A DNA stretch of 64,000 nt. It comes from Paraspadella gotoi (Eukaryota > Animalia > Chaetognatha). Under the pieces are notes generated by a model that made no database searches, was not told the DNA's origin, and worked only from the letters and a program-made list of their open reading frames with translations. Location of the stretch: positions 6,019,525-6,083,524 of the forward strand of contig CM119268.1 of the NCBI GenBank assembly GCA_051294375.1, written 5' to 3'. Numbering within the stretch: the stretch's first letter is position 1; every line of letters starts with the position of its first letter. The position numbers and the translations under genes were made by a program. Of this stretch, positions 27,201 to 40,000 are shown one piece after another.

Positions 27201-28788
27201 TGTCGCACAAGCTCGCCACAGTCAGGTCCCTTACCAGGAGAGCTCTTCTGATTCCGTCGACCCCGAGCTCCAGGCCGCCGAGCTTGAGCATGTCAAAAGA
27301 GCCTTGGCGCTCAATGGTTACCCTCTGTGGGCATTCGAGAAGGCTAGGTTCCGGCAGAACCAAGCTGAGGGCAGTGGCCACCAAGGGGCTGCCCAAGTAG
27401 CCGCTATCGCAGGTTCAACCTCCACCCCCCAGGAGGAAGAACGGGACCTTGCTGCTGAAGGACAACCGCGCCACCACAGCGCAAATGGGAGATAAGCAGA
27501 AGCGTCTCAAGAACGTGGGTCATGTTTCCCTCCCCTACCACCAGGGGATCACTGAAGCTCTGGTGCGGGTGCTGGCAAAGCAGGGGATCTCCACTTCAGT
27601 GACGACCCGCGCTTCTCTACGTGAGCAATTGGTGAAACCGAAAGACAAAATCCCCAGAACGAAAACATCAGGAGCCGTCTATTGGGCGGCCTGTGCTGGC
27701 GCGGGCAACCAACCCTGCACAGCAGCATACGTGGGCGAGACCGGAAAATCTCTCTCAGATCGGTTCAAGCAGCATACGAAGCCATACCGTGACTCACGTG
27801 GTCACTATCTGTCGGCTATCTCAGAACATTCAGTAACCTCTGGCCATCTGTTTAGAGAGACGGACTGTCTCGTGCTGTCCCATGACCAAAACTGGTTTTC
27901 AAGAGGTATTAGAGAGGCAATATACATCAAAGCTCGAGCCCTCTCTGAACCGTGATGGAGGACGATTCGATCTCCCTCCAAGCTATGATTCGCTTATCAA
28001 GTTGGTGGTGGAACGCCCAGAGCCGCCCCAACCGCACGATGATTCCCCTGTCCCTACTCAACGGGTCAGACGGAGGCCTCCCAGCAGGCAATGGACGAAC
28101 TATACCTCTTTCGAACCTGTAGCAACTTGGTGCGACTCTTCTCGCACTGAGCGTCGCCCAAACGACGGCTACAGGAGGAGGGAGAGGAGTCTGTATTCTC
28201 TGCACCAAAACAGGCAAGAACAGGCACCCACCCACCTCACCGTCAGGTGAGAGGAGGGCTATCGGCAGGCCTATCAGGCCAGAGAGATATTAGAGTGGCA
28301 CTAGGCATTTTCCCAGGAGGATCCTTACCAGATCCTAAAATGTTCTCGCTCTACAGTCATATCGTCTCAGCCAATGACAAGCCAATGACCCCGATCCTAT
28401 AGCCAACGTCCCACCTTTGCCCGGCCGGGGGGGGCCAGCTCATTTTGAGCTCTTTTCTCACCTTAATTTTCACTAACACTTTTACTTATCTATCCCTCAT
28501 TACTTATTCTTCTATTTCAATTTCAACCTTTATTTAATTAATTAAATTATCATTTCATTGTTATTATTAGTTTAAAAAATCTTTAAGTTTATTAATTTAT
28601 TCTCTTTCCCTTTATCATTGTTGTACATTGTCCAATGTAAAGATTTTCTCTCTCTCTCTTTCTCTCTCTTCCATTCTCCCTCAATTTCAAATTTTCACCA
28701 AACTCACTCCTCCCCTGTTCTTACCTTCACCTGTCCTCACAATCTGACCACTGTCCTTTACTCAATTCTTTGTTGGAAACTCTCTCTC

Positions 28789-28841
<53 letters not shown>

Positions 28842-31800
28842 AAACTCAATGTTAAAGAGAAAAACTTGAATATTGTCAAACACTGATGAAGACTCTAAAA
28901 ATACAGAGTCGAAACATGTCTGTCAAATTGTCATTAAAATTCGTTGTCAAAACAAATAAAAATTGTTTTTCTCCTAGATTGCTAATCAAATTTTTAATTC
29001 AATATTATTGCAGTCGTTTAGGCTGCAACTCTTCAAATTCAGTGTAGATTCATTGTAGCTCGAATTTCTTTACCATCTATTTAACTGAAGATTTTGTTCA
29101 TGACTGGAAAACCAACAGAGTAACGAGATTAATTGTTTAATTCTCCCCTTCTAAACTATCCCATACCGTGTTTTAACTTCTTACCTAGAATTTTTAACAA
29201 CCAGATTGAAAAACAAATCTTTATATTTTGAAGTTGAATTGAATGACCCTTTTTCTTAATCAACAACGATGGTTTATTAAAAATGAAACATGTTTCGACT
29301 TTGCATTACAAGTCTTCAACTTGAAAAGCGGTGATGAAGATTTGTAATGCAAATTCTAAAGATGTCTGATTTATTGAATATATTATATATATATTATATA
29401 TATATTATATATATATATATTAAATTGAAGAGACAGTAATTATTGTTATGTGTTAGTGACAAAACCGTTCAATATAAGCAGTCCCTGAGCTTCGGATCAG
29501 GCTGTAACACCGTGTTACAAGCGGATTAAGCGCCCAATCCCTCTTAACTGCTGGGCGACCACTGGGCTAGAACCCTGGGACCTTGGGCTGGGAGTGCGAA
29601 TTGACTTCCTCCGCGGCCCAAAGGCCGTTGCGCGCATTAGAACCCCACATCTCCACCATGAGGACGGTTAGTGGATTTTAGTCACTACATCCCCCCTCCG
29701 TAGGGAGATAGTCGTGTTTGCATGTCTTAGATGAATTGTTTGTTGTGGAAAGTTCGTCACAAGTTGAGGCATCGTCGCCCGGGATGTGTGTTGTTAGTGG
29801 AAAAGTGCATTCGCCAGTTGGGGCATGTCGGCCCCCTAAAAGTTGTTGTTGTTGCTGTTTGTGTTCGAAGTCGGGCCTCACCATATTGAAGAGACAGGAA
29901 AATTATTGTTATTTTAATGACCAGGAACGCAATGATATAGCAAATCCTGCAGGTTCGGGATCAGGCTGTAACACTGTGTTACAAGCGGGTTAAGCACCCC
30001 ATCCCTCTTAACAGCTAGGCGACCACCGGGCTAGAACAGTGGACCTTTGGGTTGGAAGGCGAATGACTTGCCTCCGGCACCAATGGCCGCTGATGAACGG
30101 TTGGTGGATTTTTTTAGTCCACCATAAAATCAACTTTTTTGATTAAAGAAATTCTTTTTTCTCATCTAAAATAAATATTAAAAAAAATTATTTGGGTATA
30201 GAGCCATATAAGAAATATTTTGTTCATTAAAAGTATATATAAAAATGTCTAAATTTTTGTTTGAGCATGTACTCATTCTAAATTTTTGACTCACCCCATT
30301 GAGTGGGGCTACCCATATTTTCAGCAGTCATTTTAGTACAAAAAATAAATATAATAAATTATTCTTTCCCTTTATCGAACCTCAAATGGTCTCGGTACTT
30401 TTGCGTCTCCTTATCCGCCATGAATATAACTGGTTCCAACAAAAAATGAATCCGCCTGGCTCTGATGGAATTGAGGTCAATGTGACCGAAGCAAAGGTCG
30501 AGAAGAAACTTGTTCCCTTTCTCGTAGAGTTCTCTCAAAGGTCCATCGATCTCCACTGTTTTTCGTTTGGTGGCGCAATTCCAAAAAAATCCGGTTCGTT
30601 GTCCTTGCATTTTTATTTTTTCTAATCTCACATCCTTTTTGCCTTTTGCGACGTTGACGACGAAGTAGTCATCACTACATAAAAACAAGTTTGAGCAAAC
30701 AATGTCGGATCTGCCCACGATCATTATCGGTAATTACTTAATTAACTATTAATTTATTCAAGTTAATTATTTAATTAATTTGATCCAAAATGTATGTTTT
30801 GATTGATTAATTGACTGATTGATTAATTAACTGATTAATTATTTGATTAATTAATACATCTTGCATTTACAGTTAAAATAAAACAAAAAGAAGCATCATC
30901 AATTAGTGAAACAGGTTCTTTGTTTTTTCAATTTAAACTCATTTCCACTCAAACGATTCCATCGAAACTTGATTTCCAGTTTAATCACATACTTTTTTAC
31001 CCAAATAAAAAATTCAAGTCAATCGCCCCATCCACTCTAGAGTTCCGATAACCGTTAATTTTTTTGGAAATTCGCTTAACCGTTAAAACTAACATTTTTA
31101 ACGGTTAAGCCCGTTAAGATTCGGTTAAATTTATAATTTAAAGCAAACTAAAGTATTTAATGGTATTTTCTCTTTCTTAACGTCTGGCTCCTGAATGCGC
31201 TGAAGAAGACTCGAAACCGAGTGCGAAACATTTCTGTTTTTTATGTCATATAAAATTTATTGTTGTAACAAAACAAATATTTTTGTTAATCTCATAATAC
31301 AGACAAAACGAAAGGATACCATCGAATTCTAATTCTAGTATATTTTGTTTTCTCTTCTCTCTTTTGCTTTCTAATTTTTCTTTCTCTACTTCTCTTTCTC
31401 ATTATTTTTGTAGTTGTTAGTTTCTTGAACGCTTGTTTTCTGTTGTTAGTCTTTCATAAACCATGACCATTGACCATTAATATAAATATGAATTTTAATT
31501 TTATTGATAGACTGGTTGATTTATCGATTGATCAAAAGATTTATTGATTGATAAATATATTTTTCAGTTAAATAAAAAGTATATCATCCTTATTGAAGAA
31601 TAGTTTTATGAGCCTTAATGTCTTTTTTAAGATTCGTTCTTCTAATATCAATTTTTAATTTTTTATAATGATTTTTTTTATTTGGTTTTTTATTAATTTT
31701 TTTAAAATTCATTCGGTTTTATTTCATTGCTTCTTTGTTCATTTTAAAGAGAGAAATTGAATAATATATATTGCTTGGAAGGGCGAAAAAGAAGAAAAAG

Positions 31801-33972
31801 GTAAAATAAAAGGGAAAAAAAGGAGAGAAAAGAAAGGGGGAAAGAAAAAGGGGAAGTGAGAAAGAAAAAGAAAGAAACAGGAGGAGATAAATAAAGGGGA
31901 AGAAAGAATAAGAGAGAGATTAGGATAGAAAAAAAAGAAGAAAATAACAAAGGAAAAAACAGGGAAAAAGTGGAGAAGAGAGAGAGGGGTAAAAATATGG
32001 TGAGAAGGGGAAAGGAGAATAAGAGAGGATAGGAAAAAAATATATTTTTTTTAAATTTAAAGATTTCATACCAAAAAATAAAAAAAATCACATTTGAATA
32101 TTAACCGAATTTAACCGTTAAAATAAATATATTAACGGTTAAGTTAAAATTATTTTTAACCGTTAATAACCGTTAACTGTTAACGTTATCGGAACACTAA
32201 TCCACTCATGAGTAATTGGTGTTCTAATAGTGAATATATTGTTTTGTTTTTTTCAATTTAAACTCATTTCTACTCGGACGATTCCATCGAAACTTCATAT
32301 ACAGCTCAATCACACACTTCCCTACCCACACACAAAATTTCACTTCAATCCATCCATCCAATCACGAGTAATTGGTGTTTTTTTGCTAAGGTGGGACGGA
32401 GGACATCGTTTTGTTTTGTTTTTTTTTTTGCATAATTTATCATAATTCGATGTTCTAACATGATGTAAGTGAGTGCCCGACAATATTGAGGGGGCGGACC
32501 GACGGACAGACAAAGTGAATTATAAAGTAGGACTAAGCTCTGACGAACAAAGCCCGAGGCTTTTTTAATATATTCTTATACCGGCCAAGGTAGAATGATG
32601 GCAATATGTTTAATATTAAGTTTCAAAAAAATCCGACTATAAATATAGAAAATATTAACCAAAATTTCGGAAAATTCACCCCTTCTTTGGAAATTTTCGC
32701 CATAGAAGATTTTTCCCGAATCTGACTCCGGTTGAAAACTCTTAGAATTCCAATGGTTAGCTCCTCTTTTACTTTTACTTTAAATAAAAATTTCACCAAA
32801 ATGGACTAATTCACTTTACCATGATCGTATCATATCAAATAGCCTAATAAAATGTAAAGAAAAATTTTGAGAGCCCTTCAGACACTTTGCCAAAGCATTC
32901 CAAAATTGGACCTTTGTTGAACAGGAACATACCTCAGTCACGTTTATATCGTTTTCAAGGAAAAAATCCTTTCATTTCTATATAAAATCAGAGATGGAAA
33001 ATTTTCCGTCCAGAAGCAGTCTATTTGTTCTGGCTTGTTTGATATCAAGATGTTGATGATTTGACAAGAGAAAAAAATGCGAGCCCTTCAGATGCAACAG
33101 GATCGGAATCAAGTGTTTTTACATCGATATTTTACCAGAATTTTTACCAGGAGCGTTTATATTGTTTGGTAGTCAGATTTGAACGAAAATCTCCATTGAA
33201 AAAGTCTTCCTCGATCTCTAAGAACGACGTAGACTCCTATATAAAGTAAAGAAACAGAAATATACATTGAATTAATGATAATAAACAAATCATAGATAGC
33301 GATTATTAGCTTGTATCATTTTTTAAATTCAATTAAAAGAGATAAAAAGTCCTGATTCATTTCTCAGCTTAGACTAAGGTTGGCGGTAAAGTAAGTAGTA
33401 TAGAATACTATTTTTTTTAACTCATGAGGCGTTTTAAAGTTGTTTTTCTCAAGAAGAAAGCTTTTTAATCTTTTTTTTTAAATTGGTCGTATTAAAGAGG
33501 CATGCTCCAATGTATACCCTGATTCCGATTGACCGTGTCCCCTTTCTTTGATGTTTGGCTTAAAGATTCAACAATATATGTCGCTGCTTTAAACAGATAC
33601 TTGACAGCTTTGGAATGCAAGTTTACAATCGGGGAGTCATTTTTATGTTTTTTCTTGGAATTATTTATTTTATTTTACTCATTTCAGCCCAAAGTTTTCA
33701 GAAAAATTCTTTACTAGACATCAACTTTTCTCATGAGATAGATTCAGTTATTTTTACTTTTCACATGAGGTCTTAGCTTCTCCAAATCGACCGGAAAAAC
33801 TTTTAAAAAAATCTTTCGTTGTGTTTGGTAATTTAGAGAAAACGTTTGAATGCTTACAACAACGATTTATTTTCATTAGAGAAATGTACATGTTTCGGCT
33901 CTAAATTGCGAGCCTTCATCAGCGTCAAATTGAATTTTATTCAATGGTAAAAATTTTGTGCTAAAGAAGAAG

Positions 33973-34009
<37 letters not shown>

Positions 34010-37000
34010 GAGAGAGAGAGACATATTCTTTAGCACAAAATTTTTACCATTGAATCAAATTCAATTTGATGCTGATGAAGGCTTGCAATTTAGAGCCGAA
34101 ACATGTACGTTTCTTTAATGAAAATAAATCGTTGTTGTAAGCATTCAAACGTTTTCTTTAAAAAAATCTAAAAAAATTTTAAACCGTGAGGAAACCTTTT
34201 TCTCAAAATGTTTCCAGACAGTAGAGAAATCATTAGACATTTTTACAAAGTAAATATATAAAAAAAAAATCATTTGCATAACAAAAAAGGCGAGTCTGTT
34301 TGAGTTCTTCACTTTGTTTTAAGAAAAAAATATTTAAAAGCATAAAAAGTTAAAGAAAACAAAATATTCTTTAGCAAAATATCAAAATTAGAAAAAATTA
34401 AATTTAACCCAATTTAACCATTACAATAAAAAAAATAACGGTTAAGTAAAAAAATTTTTCACCGTTATTAACTGTTAATTTTTAACGGTTAAGGAATCTC
34501 TACTTCATTTTACTCACACACATCTCATAAACCAGACGACTTCTGCTTGGACTTGATCCCGCACCATTACAGCTGCCCAATTTATGATTTCCTCAAAAGA
34601 CCAGTTTTTGCTCTTCAATTTGCCCAATACATGGTTGAGCTGCTTTCCAATTGCGATGCTGTCCTTAAAATTTTTTTTCTAAAATTATTATTCAATAAAT
34701 TAACAGCTGTCACAATTCTTTAATTTGATTTGCTTCATCAGTTAATTAGCATCATTATCATTAAAATGTATTGTTCTTTGTTTATTGTTATTTATTTATA
34801 CTGCACACTAGAGCGTAGTGAAAGTTACGTATGGAAATTCTAAAAGTCAATTATGAACAACATACCATCAGTGAACATTAATTTGTAAAAAAAAATAATT
34901 TTATGTTTTTTTAATTTTTGCAGTAGACTATATTTATATATAGTACTATCCTTATAAAATCGAAAAAATTCAAAATTGCGGTGACTCAAAAATAAGAATT
35001 TAGAGAAAAATTCGAGACGTGTTCTTTGTGAGAAGAGAAAACATATATTAACGAAAAACAGAGTAAAAATCAAAAAGGTAAAAAATAACAACAACAACAA
35101 ATACGTATTTACATTGGCTGGAAAAGGTCAGCCATAACAAGGTCATTCTGTTTGGATATGAACGGTCATTCTTACTGACCACTACGGGTCACAAAGTACA
35201 AAGACTTCGTCGTCGTCTTCGTTATTATATTCGTCGTCGTCGTCGTCTTTGTTTGAATCATTTGAGTTCCCAAACATCCCCCCCCAAGCGCTGTCGTTGA
35301 CTTGGTTGACGTCAGTGGTGATAGGTCGTGGCTCAAATTCTTCCTCGTTGATAGGCTCCAGCGTGGCCGAAGTGGTAGGCGCTTGCAGCGCCTAGTGGTT
35401 GGGTGCGGGCTGGTCTTGATCGCCTGTTATCAGATGCATTGGGAAAAATGACCTTTTTTAAAGTTTTCTTATCGTTCTCTCAACGTCAGTGTTGCGGGCG
35501 CCCGGCGTTTGGGAGGGCGTCCGCGAGGCGGGGCCTCTGGAGGCGCTGGAGGATTTTCGGCGTCGATGGACGCCGGTTTGACGCGATCGATGGTTATTGT
35601 TTCTTTGCCTCGGCCGGGTATTTCGATGATGACGTCTCGTTGGTGCCATTTTACTACACGGTAGGGTCCGGCATAAGGCGTCGCGAGGGCGCCGGCGTTG
35701 TTAGGGCGGCGAACAAAAACAAACTCCGCCTCCCTGAGGGAAGTTGGAATCTGGCTTATTGGCTCTGTGTGGGCGGTGCCAGGGATTGGGCGCATGAGCG
35801 CGACGTCAAAAACGGAGGTTTTGAAGAATCTCAGCTCGTTGCGTGGCATCGACTGGAATCGTCGGCGCCAATCAGCTCACCAGGGATGGTGAGTACATCG
35901 CCAATGACCAATTCCGCCGGGGAAGCGTCGAGATCGTTTTTATAGGTGGTTCGCAGTCCAAGCAGGACCCAGGGGAGTTGAGAGAACCACCTGTCAGCGG
36001 CGTTCTCACAGTGTGCCTTTAGCAATGATTTCAAGCTGCGATGCATTCGTTCCACCATACCGTTTGCCTGTGGATGGTAGGCTGTGGTGAAGTTTAGTTT
36101 AAAGCCCACCATTTCGGCGAGTTGGCGCCACAATTCAGACGTGAATTGGCTTCCCCGATCTGTGGTTACCGTTGAAGGTACACCAAAGCGCGCAACCCAA
36201 TTTTGAAGGAAGGCCGCGGCGATGGTCGGCGTCGTGGTGTCGCGAAGAGGGATTGCTTCTGGCCAGCGCATAAAACGATCAACGCACGTGAGTAAATGGG
36301 CGTGTCCATTAGAGACGGGGAGAGGGCCTACAATGTCAACGTGAACATGCTGAAAACGTCGCTCGACCTGCGGAAATTGTTGGGGAGGCGCTTGAATGTG
36401 CTGGTGGATTTTAGCGCGCTGGCATTGAGTGCACGTGCGCGTCCATTCCGCCACGTGCGTAGATGCTGAAGGCCAGACAAATCGCTCGTGACCAATTTCT
36501 TGGTTGCGCGGACACCAGGATGTGAGAGATTGTAGATTGCGTCGAAAACGAGGCGCCGCCATGTCTCTGGCACGAGTGGGCGGGATCTGCCGCTACTTAC
36601 ATCACAGATAATATCGACGCCGCCCACCTTTACCCTTTCAAAGCGCAAACTGGTGTGGGCGTCGGCAAGGAGACGTTGGACGTCCGCGTCGTCTTTTTGA
36701 TCCGATGCCATTTTTTCGAAATTGATTCCTTGCAAGGAAACGGCGTTGATAGTTGCTTGGAGGGTGGGCATGGCTGCAGGTGGAAGTGTGCGAGAGAGGG
36801 CGTCAGCGACGACGTTCGCTTTCCCTTCAATATGTCGAATGTCTGTAGTATATTCGGCGATCGCTGCGAGTTGGTAAGTTTGCCTCATTGTATTGATCTG
36901 AAAACAGCGTAAAGGGTCGTCCTTCGATAAACGGCCGGAAATGGCGCACAGCGCGAAAAGCTGCAAGCAGCTCTCTGTCGAAAGGGGGCCATTTACGTTG

Positions 37001-40000
37001 GTGCTGCTGCAAGGGAGTGGAGAAGAAAGCTAATGGTTTCCATTCCCCTCAACAGACTGTTCCAGCACCCCGCCAATAGCGTTCAGGGAGGCGTCAACCG
37101 TTAGAGCGAGCTGGGCGTCGTCGCGGGGGTGGACAAGCATCGTTGCAGAAGCGAGAGCTTTTTTTCGCGGCGGCAAATGCTGCATCGCGTTCGTCGCCCC
37201 ATTCCAAGTGCTTCGGTTTTCCTCGAAGGGCGCTGTAGAGGGGCTCGAGGATGTCGGCGGCGCGTGGGATGAAACGCCTATAGTAATTAAGGACGCCAAG
37301 AAACCGTTGAAGGTCCTTAATCGATGTCGGCGTTGGAAACTTCTCGATGTCGTCGACTCTGTTAGGAAGGGGTGTGACGCCGTCGGCGTTGACGTTATAA
37401 CCGAGAAATTCGAGCGAAGAGGCGCCGAAAACGCATTTAGAGCGATTGATGATGAGGCTGTTACTCTCGAGAGCCTCGAAAACGCGTTCAAGGTCCTCCA
37501 GGTGCTCGTCAAAGGATGTTGATGCGACAAGAATGTCATCAGGGTATACGAAAACATGGGGAATTCCAGACAAGATGACGTCCATCATGCGCTGGAAGTC
37601 TTGAGCTGCGTTTTTTAGGCCGAATGCGTTCTTAGGTACTCATAAAGTCCAAAGGGCGTAATGATGGCGGTTTTTGGGATATCTGCCTCATGTACCGGAA
37701 TTTGGTGGTAACTTTTGTACAGGTCGACTTTTGAAAAAATGACTTTTCCGGCGATTTCTGCATTAAAATCAGAGATGTGGCGAATCAAATATCGGTCGTC
37801 TTTTGTCACCGCATTGAGGCGGCGATAATCGCCGCAAGGTCGCAGGCCGCCATCAGCTTTTTTACTACGTGTAGGGGTGACGACCAGGGGCTTCGACTTT
37901 TTCGAATGATGCCGAGTTTTTCAAGTTTGTCGAATTCGGCCTTGGCAGCGGCAAGTTTCTCTGGGGCGAGGCGCCGCGCTGGTGCATGGATCGGCGGACC
38001 TTCAGTGAGGATATGGTGTTCGACACCATGACGCGGCGTCGACGGGTCAAAAGAAGGTTTCGTAAGATTCGGACGTTTGTCTAAAAGTTGTGTGAAAACG
38101 TGTGGATAGCATTGACGCGAAATGGTTGACCGGGCTTAACTTTCCTGGCAACGGTCGTGAAATCTTGACAATCTACCAAGACTTCGAGTTTTGGAAAAGG
38201 GGCGAGGTTGTGGCCCATTAAGAAATCATTTCCTAAAATGGGCGTGGCGACGTCCGCAACTGTAAAATCCCATTCAAAATAGCGTTTGCCAAGGCGGAGG
38301 CTAATAGGTCTCTTGCCGTAGCAGGGAATGGGCGTTCCATTCGCGGCGTGGAGTGGCGTGTCGACAGTACCGGCGCTACGCTCCGAATCGTTTGGAGCGA
38401 CGAGAGATACGCTGGCGCCGGTATCCACGAGCCACGTGAGATTGTTGCGGGCGTCGTAGATGTGCAGAAGCGTCTCAATCTCGCCGGCGGCGGCGCTTAC
38501 TTCCGGCCGTCAGCTTTCGCGTTTCCCATTGCGCAGGGAACGCCCGGCCAAACTTCGCGGCAGTTTCTAGCGCGATTGCCAAATTCGGCATGGTACCAGC
38601 ACGTATTGCCGTCCATCTCGGTGGCGGCTGATGCTGCTCTGGGCTGAAAGGGGCGTTGGCGTCGGCGCTGCTCGACCCGCTTCCAAGGCCTTTGGCTGTT
38701 ATTGACTGCACAGACCTCGGCGTAAGAAAGAGGTCGGTCGGCGTCGTCATCCTCATCTGCGTCAGCAGAGATGGCGTTGATGGTGCCACTGGGCGATGGT
38801 GGCTTCACAACAAGGTTTCCGGTAGCGTCATAGAAGGCATCCGCTGCTGTTGCGGCGTCGTCAAGAGAATTAATGTCGGTGAAAGCGATTGCGCGGACGT
38901 GGGAGGGGAGAGCGTTAGCCAAAATCTCTTTGAAAACGACTTCCATACGAAGTTCAGAGAAGGCTGCTCGGATGATGGTTGCAAGCTGCGACGGGGTACG
39001 TCCACTGAGCGTCATTGGGCGCAGCATCCTCTGGGCCAACTGCCTCGGTTTTTCACCAAACAGTTTTATTAGTCTCGCGTAAACTTGTGCGTACGAGGGG
39101 CGATTGCCAGATCGATAAAAATCCTCGAAAAGCGGTTGATGCTCTGAAGGAAGGGCTGCGAAAATGTGGGACGCCATAGTGGCGTCGTCGGTGACGTCAG
39201 CGGCGACAAACGCAGCGTCAACTCCGGCCAACCATACAGAAATGTTTTTCGAATCGAATGGAGGGAGTTTAGGCGTGCGAGCTCGAGGAGGCGGCGGATG
39301 CGCTGCGAGCGGCGACGCGGAAGTTGCATCACGGCGTCGGCGTGGGTTGGGCCGTGCTCGTGGCGAGCCGCTGCGAGGAGACAACGGATTGAAGAGAGGC
39401 GTTGCGAATGGCGGAGTACGCGGAGTCGCAAGTGGGGATGACGCCGGTTCGTCAATTCTCACCCTCTTTGGATGCGTCTGGCCAGAGTCCTGGACCTCGG
39501 GATCGAGGTCGGCATCGGCGGCGGAGCGGCGGAGAGAGGGATTACGCTGCATTTCTGGAGGCCTCGACAGAGCAGTCAAGGCGGCGTCAAGGGTGGCCTG
39601 TAGTGAGAGAACGAGGCCCTTGAGTTCATCAATATGGGCGTTGGTGGACTCGCTCTCGGCGCGGATTTGGGCAAAACGGGCGCCGAGGGACGTCTGCCAG
39701 GGATTTGATGAATCATGAGGTGACGGGTCGCCGCCTCTGACGAAACGAGAGGTTGCTTGGCGCTGTAAGGCGCCTGGGCTTGGCGCAGAATCGTTGCGTG
39801 GGCGTGGACCGACGTACTCCATATTTATTTATATTGATTATACGTTCGAAAACGTAAACAAAACTAAAATTGTCATTAACAAGGATAAAAAAAAAAATGT
39901 CTAAAAGGTATCAAAGGATGTCCAGAAGAAGCGTCGGGCAATACCAATTGCGGTGACTCAAAAATAAGAATTTAGAGAAAAATTCGAGACGTGTTCTTTG

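Larger units (their letters stand above)
26225..28975 (+). mobile_element. 5'-truncated Penelope-like retroelement with an inverted pLTR
   Basis: 13-bp TSD agattgctaatca (26212-26224, 28976-28988); ~26263-26782 is the reverse complement of ~28437-28973; the centre encodes RT C-terminus and GIY-YIG. Confidence 0.92.
23525..31418. repeat. Large inverted duplication (arms ~23525-25880 and ~29235-31418) around the Penelope element
   Basis: The arms are reverse complements (for example ORF 24273-24629 minus equals 30299-30625 plus, and both contain the same TRIM with the same TSD) with many small indels. Confidence 0.9.

Noticed and set aside
29500-29530. GTTACAAGC as a twister ribozyme motif (also GGGTTCAAAGCCC at ~41999)
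   Set aside because: No P4, P2 or pseudoknot partners; explained by a simple hairpin or by chance.
33519-33655. Exon-like minus-strand frame (KKHKNDSPIVNLHSKAVKYLF...)
   Set aside because: Could not be placed in phase with confidence in the PDE-like model and no homology was recognised; left unannotated.
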